Translations under genes and position numbers: made by a program
Notes under the pieces: generated by a model
Told to the model about the DNA's origin: nothing
Database searches by the model: none
What the model saw: the letters and a program-made list of their open reading frames with translations, nothing else
NCBI RefSeq assembly: GCF_000341395.1
Contig: NC_020304.1
Coordinates: 1,590,001 to 1,622,000, forward strand
Source of the DNA: Desulfocapsa sulfexigens DSM 10523
Lineage (GTDB): Bacteria > Desulfobacterota > Desulfobulbia > Desulfobulbales > Desulfocapsaceae
Direction: 5' to 3'
DNA: 32,000 bases
Part shown: piece after piece, positions 8,470-16,530 of the stretch
Numbering within the stretch: position 1 is the stretch's first letter
Layout: each line of letters starts with the position of its first letter

Positions 8470-10254
8470 GTGGCTACTTCTCTATACGGCTGGACTGGAA
8501 AAATCCTCCACATTGATCTCGATAATGGCTGTATTGACCTTATCCGGCCGGAATCTGGAATTTACCATACATACATAGGCGGTAAAGGGCTTGCAGGGTA
8601 TTACCTGAGACCTCAGGTGACTCTGCCCTGGGATCATCCGCGTATGCCACTCCTTGTTTTTACCGGTCCCCTGGTTGGGACAGCTGCTCCGACCTCTGGT
8701 CGTTCAACAATCATGTCACGGTCGCCGCTTAGTGGAACAATCGGGGACACCTCCGTCGGTGGTCGCCTTGGCTTTCAGTTAAAACGGGCAGGGTGGGACG
8801 GGATTATTATTACCGGTCAGTCCGAGACGCCATGCGGGATTGAGATAGAAGATGACAAGGTTCAGATTGTTGGAGCGGCTGAACTTTGGGGAAAGGACAC
8901 AGCAACCGTCTTCAATATCCTGGCAGCTGGTAGCCGATCGGTTGCCACCATCGGCCCGGCCGCAGAAAATGGAGTCTTCTTTTCAGCCTTGATGGTTGAT
9001 AAACACCATGTTGCCGGACGATCAGGCATTGGACTTTCCTTTGCAGCCAAAAAACTCAAATATCTGTCGGTGCGGGGCAGTGGCAATGTAAGGATCCACG
9101 ACAGAGAAAAACTGCATGTCGCTCGAGAGGAAATTCTCAGGCTCACGGCAGCCTCTCCTATTCTCATGGGGCAGCACGGGTTTTCCTGCTTTGGCACAGG
9201 ATCCATTTATGACCTGATGGATTCACGGCGTATGATGCCAACGGATAACTTTCGGAAGACTCATTTTGGCCGGGCCTCCGAACTCAATGCCCATGCCTAC
9301 AAAAAACAATATGACCCGGGCAAGCATGGTTGTATGGGCTGCCATATCCGCTGTAAAAAAATCGGTCGCAGTGAGAAGCACGCCGGTGCTTCCATGCCTG
9401 AGTTCGAAACCATGTCTCATTTCACCGCCCTCATCGAAAATACAGATATGGACCTTGTCATGCAGGCCAATGCACTTTGCAGCCGTTATGGTATGGATAC
9501 AATTTCTGCTGCCGCAACACTTGCCTGTTACAAGGAGATGTCCGGCATTAGTGATCTGTCTGGCCAGCTTGTGCAATTGCTGGAAGAGATCGGCCTGGGA
9601 TCTTCTGATCTTGGCAGACAGCTTGGTAAGGGGTCTCTCCATTATGCCTCAAGCCATAATCAGCAGACTGCTTCAATGAGTGTTAAGGGATTGGAACTGC
9701 CCGCCTATGATCCCAGGGGGGCATACGGAATGTCTCTGGCCTATGCCCTTGCTACCCGTGGAGGCTGTCATTTGCGGGCCTATCCGATCAGTCATGAAAT
9801 TTTACGAAAACCTGTTGCCACGGACCGTTTCACCTTCAGCGGCAAGGCCAGGATAGTTAAGATTGCAGAGGATCAGAATGCCATTGTTGATTCGCTCACT
9901 GCCTGTAAATTTATCTTTTTAGGAGCTGGCCTTGAAGAGTATGCCGGGGCATTCAATGCTGTCACCGGAATGACTGTTACGGCTCAGGATCTGTTAAAGA
10001 TTGGCGAGCGCATCTGTTACCATGAGCGCTTGATGAACAGTCTTAACGGATTTTGGGCCAAGGACGATGATCTTCCCGACAGATTTTTTGTAGAAGCTGG
10101 AACCAGCGGTAATGGCATAGAGATTAAGCCTCTTGAGCGGGAAGCATTTCTTGAGGCTCGCAGCCGCTACTACAGAATTCGCGGTCTTGACCAGGACGGC
10201 AGAGCAACACAAGAAAAAGCTGAAGAGCTGGGGCTTGTATGGAAAAACTCCTGA
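8470..10254 (+). CDS. aor: Aldehyde:ferredoxin oxidoreductase family protein (tungsto-/molybdopterin enzyme)
   Basis: N-terminus YGWTGKILHIDL and YIGGKGLAGYYL. 4Fe-4S ligand motif CMGCHIRC (C-x2-C-x3-C) plus the distal DSLTACKF. Length of 594 aa is typical. GTG is the first start after an in-frame TGA. Confidence 0.92.
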   Translation: MATSLYGWTGKILHIDLDNGCIDLIRPESGIYHTYIGGKGLAGYYLRPQVTLPWDHPRMPLLVFTGPLVGTAAPTSGRSTIMSRSPLSGTIGDTSVGGRLGFQLKRAGWDGIIITGQSETPCGIEIEDDKVQIVGAAELWGKDTATVFNILAAGSRSVATIGPAAENGVFFSALMVDKHHVAGRSGIGLSFAAKKLKYLSVRGSGNVRIHDREKLHVAREEILRLTAASPILMGQHGFSCFGTGSIYDLMDSRRMMPTDNFRKTHFGRASELNAHAYKKQYDPGKHGCMGCHIRCKKIGRSEKHAGASMPEFETMSHFTALIENTDMDLVMQANALCSRYGMDTISAAATLACYKEMSGISDLSGQLVQLLEEIGLGSSDLGRQLGKGSLHYASSHNQQTASMSVKGLELPAYDPRGAYGMSLAYALATRGGCHLRAYPISHEILRKPVATDRFTFSGKARIVKIAEDQNAIVDSLTACKFIFLGAGLEEYAGAFNAVTGMTVTAQDLLKIGERICYHERLMNSLNGFWAKDDDLPDRFFVEAGTSGNGIEIKPLEREAFLEARSRYYRIRGLDQDGRATQEKAEELGLVWKNS

Positions 10255-11402
10255 AAAAATATGCCCTGAAACTCATTGCTGCAGGGCTTGCGGAGAATCC
10301 TCTTATCTGCGGACTGGATGATGAGGTGGTCTGGAGTCGGGCCGACGACGATATCCAGGTCTTAGAGCAGGTCCTGGCTGGCATGAACATAAACTCTCTC
10401 ATTTGCATTGAACCGGCAGACCCGTATTTGACGATTTTCCGGTTTCTATGCGATCGTTATCCAGAAACCATAACTCCAGAGGACTGTGAAACACGTACTT
10501 TTCTCCATGATGTGCCTGTGATCAGTAACTTTTCAGCTGCAGCTATCCTCACCCACCTGCGTAGACGCAAGTCCATTGTTGTTGCTTCCGGCAAGAGTAT
10601 CCGCCTGATCACCTTTGGAGCTGTCAGCCCGGAGCAGGCCTTTGTCAGTCTCAGCTCCGTCTGTTTCAGCGCCTTTGTCCTCTTTTTTACAGACTACCTG
10701 GCCGACCGCAGGCAGGGTGTAGTCACGGAGGAACAGCAGCGAGCCTTTGACAGGGTGACTGCACAGCTCTCCCCGCCACACAGGACAACACCAGCGCTGG
10801 AGGCAGGGCCATTTCGCAGTGCAGAGCAGGTCCACCGGGCAATCATTGAGGCTGGTCGTTTTACGGTGGACTATGGACTGGTTGACTCATATTTTGGTAA
10901 TATCTCCTATCGTCTTGACCAGACCATATATATCAGCCAGACTGGCTCATCCCTTGATGAGCTGGCTGGGTGTATAGACCCCTGTCCTCTGGATGACTCA
11001 TCCTGTGCTGGGATAACCGCCTCCAGTGAACTGGTGGCCCATGAAGAGATCTACAGAAACACAGCTAATCGAGCCATCCTCCATGGCCATCCGAAGTTTG
11101 CGGTTATTCTATCCATGGATTGCAGTGATTTTGATTGTATCAACCGTGGTCGCTGCCATATTAAATGTTCGAAGGAACGCTTGATCGAAGATATTCCCAT
11201 TGTTCCCGGTGAAGTTGGAACTGGCCCCACCGGTCTCTGCCACACCCTGCCTCCTGCCATTCAAGGCAGACGGGGTGTAATTGTATGGGGGCATGGCCTG
11301 TTTACAGTGGCAACTGTTGATTTTAATGAGGCATTCAAACAGCTTCTCGAAATTGAAAACATGTGTCGGGAAGAATATTTTGCCAGGGTCAGGCATTGTT
11401 GA
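10239..11402 (+). CDS. Class II aldolase/adducin-domain protein with an N-terminal domain of unknown function
   Basis: The C-terminal half has FGNISYRL, ASSELVAHEEIY, metal ligands HGHP and WGHGLF, in the order seen in FucA-like enzymes. The N-terminal ~190 aa are unassigned and may be a degenerate second copy. Overlaps the aor stop by 16 nt. Confidence 0.8.
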   Translation: MEKLLKKYALKLIAAGLAENPLICGLDDEVVWSRADDDIQVLEQVLAGMNINSLICIEPADPYLTIFRFLCDRYPETITPEDCETRTFLHDVPVISNFSAAAILTHLRRRKSIVVASGKSIRLITFGAVSPEQAFVSLSSVCFSAFVLFFTDYLADRRQGVVTEEQQRAFDRVTAQLSPPHRTTPALEAGPFRSAEQVHRAIIEAGRFTVDYGLVDSYFGNISYRLDQTIYISQTGSSLDELAGCIDPCPLDDSSCAGITASSELVAHEEIYRNTANRAILHGHPKFAVILSMDCSDFDCINRGRCHIKCSKERLIEDIPIVPGEVGTGPTGLCHTLPPAIQGRRGVIVWGHGLFTVATVDFNEAFKQLLEIENMCREEYFARVRHC

Positions 11403-11451
11403 AATTCCGTAGCTGTCCCGTTCTCTTATAAAAAGCATAAAGGAAGTTGCC

Positions 11452-11760
11452 ATGGCTCTGGTTAATATTGAATCTGCAATAAAACAGGTATTGCAGATCG
11501 TTAAAAAACTGGATCCGCCACAGGGGTTGGAAATACTGACTTATAAGCGTAATCGCGGGATCACCATCATTAAAATCGATGAAGATACTCTATCCGTCCA
11601 GGAAAGAGGGTATGAGGAAAGTACCTTTCAAGTGACAATGGCTGATCTGGGAAAGCAGCTTAAATCCATTGCTAAAAGAGAGTTTCCGCGAAGTCGTAAA
11701 GTACGTGTCTATCAGTTGGATAGTCCCTACTGTCTAGGAATAAAACGCAAACAGATATAG
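11452..11760 (+). CDS. Hypothetical protein (102 aa), last gene of the aor cluster
   Basis: AAGGAAG SD 6 nt upstream of the ATG. Same strand as the preceding gene and 49 nt after its stop. No recognisable motif. Confidence 0.6.
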   Translation: MALVNIESAIKQVLQIVKKLDPPQGLEILTYKRNRGITIIKIDEDTLSVQERGYEESTFQVTMADLGKQLKSIAKREFPRSRKVRVYQLDSPYCLGIKRKQI

Positions 11761-11773
11761 CTGATCAGCTATA
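11756..11773. repeat. Perfect 18-nt palindrome TATAGCTGATCAGCTATA
   Basis: Read directly from the sequence. It spans the TAG stop of the 102-aa ORF, lies between convergent genes and is centred on GATC. Confidence 0.9.
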
Positions 11774-11778
11774 AAACT

Positions 11779-12306
11779 TCACAGATCATCAAGGCTGGCA
11801 AAGTGGCGCGGCTGGTGAAAATCGGGTCTCTTACCTGGGACAGAGAACGCGGCAAGGTAGCGGCGTTTCACTCCTTGTCCATGGATGGCGTATGCATTTG
11901 CATGGCTGAAGGGAAGAATAGACTGGCTCAGGGGCAGGATTAAGGTGGACTGCCAGTGGGTGCCGGTGATGTTTGTCTCACAGCGGGTAGGGGAGATGCT
12001 CCTGCTGATCTGACGGATTCCAGTGAGATGGTAGATTAAGTAGTGGCCATGGGGGCCAATCTCGATTTCCAGATAGTGTCCGTCGGCCCCCAGGAGAAAC
12101 AGCTCCGCCACTTCATAACACCAGAGCCCTTCGAGCTCTCCGGCTGGGGCGGAGGGAGCAGGATCCCCATGAAAAGGTCCCTGTATCCCCACTTCGAGTT
12201 CCTGGTCCCTGATGCAGAATCGTATCTGCATCTTTTCAGAATCAGCAACTGCCTTACCATCCCATGTTTTTGAAGTACTGAGAATAAAATGCGGGCTAGA
12301 GAACAT
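11779..12306 (-). CDS. Hypothetical protein downstream of surE
   Basis: The ORF track starts at 12369, but that would overlap surE by 55 nt. The ATG at 12306 (MFSSPHF) lies 8 nt past the surE stop. Beta-rich composition, no motif recognised. Confidence 0.6.
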   Translation of the reverse strand: MFSSPHFILSTSKTWDGKAVADSEKMQIRFCIRDQELEVGIQGPFHGDPAPSAPAGELEGLWCYEVAELFLLGADGHYLEIEIGPHGHYLIYHLTGIRQISRSISPTRCETNITGTHWQSTLILPLSQSILPFSHANAYAIHGQGVKRRYLAAFSVPGKRPDFHQPRHFASLDDL

Positions 12307-12314
12307 TTTGTGTT

Positions 12315-13097
12315 TTACTCTCGGCAGAATAAAGAAGAGGGGTCTTCCTGCTCTTTTTCCAGCTGCCACTCTTCTTTCAAGTATTGAATACCCTGGTGGT
12401 TTGTCAGGTCGAGGTGAATTGGAGTGACAGAGACATAGTCATTGGTCACAGCATAGACATCAGTGTCCTCTCCTAAAGCGGGGGAGGGGGTTCCACCACC
12501 TATCCAGTAATGTTTACGACCAAAAGGATCCAGGGTTTCCTGGATGGCATTGTCCCAAAGACGTCTTCCCTGGCGAGTGACTTTTATTCCCTTGATTAAG
12601 TCAGTTGCCGGAACATTGACATTGAGTAAGGTATCCTGTGGAAGACCTTGCTGTAAAATCAGTTTTGCGAGCTTTGCGGCAAGTTGGGCTGCCTTGCTGA
12701 AATCATAGGGTGCTTCTCCTGCCAGAGAAACGGCGAGTGATGGAATTCCGTACATGGTACCTTCTACGGCTGCTGAAACGGTACCAGAGTAGGAAATGTC
12801 GTCACCGAGATTGGGGCCGGGGTTGATGCCTGAAACCAGCAGATCAGGCCTTTGTTTGACAATCTTGTTCAATCCAATGGCGACACAGTCGGTGGGCGTG
12901 CCATTTAGAGTGTAAAAATTGTCTCCCAGTCTGGTTACTCGCAGAGGGCGGTTCATGGTAAGTGAGTGGGAGACGGCAGAGTTGTCCCTGTCGGGTGCGA
13001 TGATCAGGCATTCTGCCTGCCTGCTGAGTTCCTGAACCAGCGCTTCAAGGCCTGGGCTGTGAACTCCATCGTCATTGGTGATAAGAAAAAGTGGCAT
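12315..13097 (-). CDS. surE: 5'/3'-nucleotidase SurE
   Basis: N-terminus MPLFLITNDDGVHSPGL (NDDG metal site), GINPGPNLGDDISYSGTV, length of 260 aa. Confidence 0.95.
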   Translation of the reverse strand: MPLFLITNDDGVHSPGLEALVQELSRQAECLIIAPDRDNSAVSHSLTMNRPLRVTRLGDNFYTLNGTPTDCVAIGLNKIVKQRPDLLVSGINPGPNLGDDISYSGTVSAAVEGTMYGIPSLAVSLAGEAPYDFSKAAQLAAKLAKLILQQGLPQDTLLNVNVPATDLIKGIKVTRQGRRLWDNAIQETLDPFGRKHYWIGGGTPSPALGEDTDVYAVTNDYVSVTPIHLDLTNHQGIQYLKEEWQLEKEQEDPSSLFCRE

Positions 13098-13397
13098 ATT
13101 GTTCGATAGTAATGCTAAGTTGTTTGTGAGTAGGACCTCGACATAAGATCCCCATAAGGTAAACTAACACTGGTGAACAGCAAGTGAGGCCAGTATAAGT
13201 TCCTTATCAGAAATTTTCTCGGAGTCTACGCTTACCTGCGAAAAAAAACACGAAAATTATCTGTAAGGCACTCATTTCTGAAGGAGACCAAACCATTTTA
13301 CCTACTTTTTGATATTGATATCAGCATTAATAAAAAAGGGAAAAGAGTATATTGGAAATTCTGATCGCTTGTCTGGTGAAAATTTGGAGGTGTGGTA

Positions 13398-13616
13398 ATG
13401 GCAACATGTACTAGGTGTGGCGCGTCAATCGGCAAGGGGGACAAAGTGTGTCCCGAGTGCGGGGTGCTTTTGAAGCGAAAAAACCGGCGATCCTGGTATA
13501 TTGCCAGGGTCTGCCTTGTTCTGTTATTTTTTGGATTAGCTGTAAATTTATTAAATTTTTGTTCCGGGATGAGCAGCGACTCATCCGCACCCGTTCCCAA
13601 AGAATCAAATATGTAG
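13398..13616 (+). CDS. Zinc-ribbon domain membrane protein
   Basis: CTRCG-x10-CPECG double CxxC followed by one TM helix. GGAGG at 13386-13390 is ideally spaced (7 nt) for ATG 13398 and too close to the track's GTG at 13392. Confidence 0.6.
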   Translation: MATCTRCGASIGKGDKVCPECGVLLKRKNRRSWYIARVCLVLLFFGLAVNLLNFCSGMSSDSSAPVPKESNM

Positions 13617-13695
13617 GGACATGTCCTGTTGGAATAGAGTCGTGAACCACGAGCAACTGCTCTGCTGTGATCAAGGTTAAAGAGTAAAAAAAGAA

Positions 13696-14724
13696 TTGAG
13701 TATCTCGTCTTTTAAAATAAGAAAGTGTTTGTCTGTTACTGTGTTGATGGTACCTGTTATTTTGATTGTAACAGGTATCGTTCTATGCGGCGCGGGTGTT
13801 GCAGCTGAAGTTGATAGTGTAACTCCAAGAAAACTCAAACTCGATAATAGTCTCACTATTCTAAACACAATTTTTAATCAACGTATTCAGGAGGGAATCG
13901 AAAAAGCCAATGCTCGACAGCTTGGATCCTGTGATGAAGATGTCCTCTATACTGAACTGAGAAAAGCAATTTTTCAATCCTTTACGGCATCTCTGGGGCT
14001 TAAAGGGTACGCCCTGGATAAACAATTACGCAGTTTGCTCGCCAGGCAAAGTTATTCTCTATCTTTAAACGACTCGATTTATCGTGACATAAGCTATCTG
14101 GAAGGTTTTTCCTTAAATGTTAAAGAGCTGAGTGATGTCGTCAGCATCAATGGTCATCTTGTCGGGTTGGATAAACTAGGTCATTTCTTTGCTGAGGGCT
14201 GGAAATATTTCGAGTTAACCCAGTATGATGGGCATACTGTTGATCAGGTCCTTGAGTGGGGCAAGGAGCAGGAGTCTGGGAAATTTGGTTATACAACTAC
14301 CGGTATTTTTTCCTTTGCGGATCTTGCAGCTAACTTCAATGGCTGGCGTTTTTGGAATAGCGTTTTATTGAAACAAAATGATCCTTTAAAAGGAGCAGTT
14401 GCTAATTTTTTTAACAGGCCACATGTAAAGTGTGAAAGTCAGATTATTGCTTCTATCAAAAACAGAAGAATTGTCAGGGCCTGGGAATATAAAACCCGAT
14501 TTGATTTGTCGGATTATGTAGATGGCTCCTGGGATGAAGGGAATAATTGTAACAGTTATGCAGATCCTGTTATTGAAGAAAAAGTTACATCACGAATCAA
14601 AAATGTTGCGCCCGACTTTACCTGTCCTTTTACAGCTGAGTACTGTTTAGCAGCTCAAAAAAAATATGGCTATTATGCAAAACATGTTTTGCATCCCTAC
14701 TGCCTGATTGTCGATAAAAAATGA
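13696..14724 (+). CDS. Hypothetical exported Cys-rich protein
   Basis: N-terminal KIRK followed by a hydrophobic stretch (signal peptide or anchor) and at least eight Cys in the mature part. AT-rich codon usage. The TTG start at 13696 is uncertain (ATG 13747 is an alternative). No family recognised. Confidence 0.65.
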   Translation: MSISSFKIRKCLSVTVLMVPVILIVTGIVLCGAGVAAEVDSVTPRKLKLDNSLTILNTIFNQRIQEGIEKANARQLGSCDEDVLYTELRKAIFQSFTASLGLKGYALDKQLRSLLARQSYSLSLNDSIYRDISYLEGFSLNVKELSDVVSINGHLVGLDKLGHFFAEGWKYFELTQYDGHTVDQVLEWGKEQESGKFGYTTTGIFSFADLAANFNGWRFWNSVLLKQNDPLKGAVANFFNRPHVKCESQIIASIKNRRIVRAWEYKTRFDLSDYVDGSWDEGNNCNSYADPVIEEKVTSRIKNVAPDFTCPFTAEYCLAAQKKYGYYAKHVLHPYCLIVDKK

Positions 14725-14746
14725 AAAAAGAAGGCATGTTTTGAAA

Positions 14747-15214
14747 ATGTTTTTTCTTCACGGTCTGGATTCTTCCAGCAAAGGGACAAAAGGAAGGTGG
14801 TTTGCGAGACATTTTCCAGAGATGTGCATCCCGGATTTTCAGGGTGACCTGACGACACGGATCAGTGCGCTGGAGGCCCTGTGTCGTGGATGTAATAAGC
14901 TCGTTTTGGTTGGCTCAAGTTTCGGTGGGCTTATGGCCACCTGTTTTGCCATGCGCCATCCGAATAGATGTCAATCACTTGTCCTGCTGGCTCCAGCTCT
15001 GAATTTTCCGGAATTCTCTCCCCCGGAGGAGAAAATTGCGGTTCCCACAAGTCTTTGTATAGGGCGTCAGGACACGGTAACCCCTCCGGATAAAGTGCTT
15101 CCCCTTGCTCAACAAACTTTTTCAAAGTTGCAGATTTTCAGCTATGACGATGATCATATGCTTCATAACAGCTTTGAAGAACTGGACTGGGACAAGCTTC
15201 TGCATAAAAAATAA
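14747..15214 (+). CDS. Alpha/beta hydrolase, YqiA-like esterase family
   Basis: MFFLHGLDSS start typical of the family, nucleophile elbow GSSFGG, C-terminal DDDHML (Asp/His). ATG 14747 is preferred over the upstream TTG 14708, which would overlap the previous gene. Confidence 0.8.
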   Translation: MFFLHGLDSSSKGTKGRWFARHFPEMCIPDFQGDLTTRISALEALCRGCNKLVLVGSSFGGLMATCFAMRHPNRCQSLVLLAPALNFPEFSPPEEKIAVPTSLCIGRQDTVTPPDKVLPLAQQTFSKLQIFSYDDDHMLHNSFEELDWDKLLHKK

Positions 15215-15228
15215 CATGATTACCACCA

Positions 15229-15253
15229 CTCCTCAGCCTACCCGCCTGAGGAG
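15229..15253 (+). terminator. Candidate intrinsic terminator of the hydrolase gene
   Basis: CTCCTCAG / CTGAGGAG 8-bp stem with a 9-nt loop, starting 15 nt after the stop and followed by GTTGTTTCGTGTTG. The T tract is interrupted, so the call is weak. Confidence 0.35.
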
Positions 15254-15255
15254 GA

Positions 15256-15356
15256 GTTGTTTCGTGTTGATTATATGGGCATCTGTGGCCTGGACGGCCG
15301 CAGCAGAGCCCCCAGGGATGGGTTTATGGCGTCCCATATAATCGACACGGAACAAC
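15256..15356 (+). repeat. Long imperfect inverted repeat (24-nt arms, 53-nt spacer) forming a branched hairpin
   Basis: Left arm GTTGTTTCGTGTTGATTATATGGG (15256-15279) and right arm CCCATATAATCGACACGGAACAAC (15333-15356) give 22 Watson-Crick pairs plus 2 T-G positions. They can extend by 3 bp (GGA/TCC). The spacer holds a second 8-bp hairpin, 15283-15290 with 15296-15303. Confidence 0.8.
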
Positions 15357-15444
15357 TCCGGGTTACAAAGCTGAGTTTGAATGATAATCAGGAAAAATAA
15401 TGGTGAAAGCTTCCAGGCATTAGTACGCAAATGGTTTGAAATAT

Positions 15445-16356
15445 TCAGCGTAGCAGTCTTTCAGCTCTGTTCCTGCGAAAAATCCGAAACAACTCATTGG
15501 CGACAAGTGCTCCCAGTACCAGCAGGCCACCGCTCAGGGTGTGTATCGAGAGCTGCTCACCTGCCCATAACCACGCCCATGTCACACCGAAAATAACTTC
15601 GAGTTGTCCAAGCAGCGAGAGTTCGGGTGCCGAGAGTTCTTTCGTCAGACGAACAACGAGGAGACAGGGAGTGGCAAGCTGGAATATCCCCAGTAGTGAG
15701 AGGAGGCCAAGGTCGTGGGGAGATGCCTGGAATGGCCAGGCCAGGGGGAGCATTGCCAGGGTTGAAAGCATTGCACCGATTAATACCGCCTGCAGCATGT
15801 CTTGAACGGGTTTGTTATCGGGAGTGATGGTCCTGTCCAGGCCGATATGCTGGAGGAGTGTAAAGTTGATGGCTGCTGCGACAGGAACTCCAAGGGAAAC
15901 CAGGGAACCGATCATGGAGAATGTTGCATCCTTGTCATACAGAAACATCCAAACAATTCCCAGGGCTGCAACTGCAATTGCCAGCCAGGTTGTCGTCGCC
16001 AGTCGGTGATGAAGGAAGAAGTGGGTGAAAAGTGCTGTGATCAACGGGCCAAGTGCCATGACGATTAGAACATTAGCCACCGTGGTGAGAGTGATTGCCA
16101 CCATAAAGGCTGTAAACATGATAGACCAGCATATCCCTGAAATCCAGATAACCTTTGAAGGGTGCAGGAGTTTGCGCCATAGGCCGGGACCGCGTGTCAA
16201 GGTGAGGGCAAATGCGAGAGCGATGACGCAAAAACCGCTGCGCCAGAAGGTCACTTCGAAGCTCCTGGCTGTGTCAAGATGTCGTGTCACAACACCGGCC
16301 ATGCTCCAGAGCAGGGTAACTACAATCATCAGAGATATGGCTTGGGGGCGTGACAT
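15445..16356 (-). CDS. EamA/DMT-family transporter
   Basis: About ten TM helices in two EamA-like halves. The ATG at 16356 (MSRPQAISLMIVVTLLWS) is preferred over the track start at 16470, whose first 38 residues are not membrane-like. Confidence 0.85.
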   Translation of the reverse strand: MSRPQAISLMIVVTLLWSMAGVVTRHLDTARSFEVTFWRSGFCVIALAFALTLTRGPGLWRKLLHPSKVIWISGICWSIMFTAFMVAITLTTVANVLIVMALGPLITALFTHFFLHHRLATTTWLAIAVAALGIVWMFLYDKDATFSMIGSLVSLGVPVAAAINFTLLQHIGLDRTITPDNKPVQDMLQAVLIGAMLSTLAMLPLAWPFQASPHDLGLLSLLGIFQLATPCLLVVRLTKELSAPELSLLGQLEVIFGVTWAWLWAGEQLSIHTLSGGLLVLGALVANELFRIFRRNRAERLLR

Positions 16357-16530
16357 GGCATTCAGAGAGTGAAAAGGTGTAAGCCAGGGTGCAGGGATTC
16401 TGTACTGTTTACTATCGCAAGAATCAGGCTTACAGTGTCTTCCATACGTAAAGTTTTTGAAGTCCGGCAACGTACGAACTCTTGTGCTTTACGTCAAGAA
16501 TATTTACTACCGCTTAAAGGTGAGAATACT

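Noticed and set aside
12307-12369. N-terminal extension of the gene downstream of surE (track start at 12369)
   Set aside because: It would overlap the surE 3' end by 55 nt. The ATG at 12306 lies just past the surE stop.
15256-15356. Inverted-repeat element as an SRP (4.5S) RNA
   Set aside because: The size and hairpin shape are similar and an AGCAG is present. However, the apical stem is a perfect 8-bp helix with a UGGAC loop. It lacks the GNRA tetraloop and the conserved internal loops of SRP domain IV.
15253-15359. Inverted-repeat element as a MITE
   Set aside because: No target-site duplication flanks the arms and no second copy occurs in the window. The strand-asymmetric T-G positions fit RNA pairing better. 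A genome-wide copy count could still revive this idea.
16357-16530. Upstream extensions of the EamA ORF (to 16470) and the msrA ORF (from 16369), and likewise of rsgA (19230-19325)
   Set aside because: The extra residues lack family similarity, and the two divergent extensions would overlap each other. Internal ATGs give canonical N-termini.
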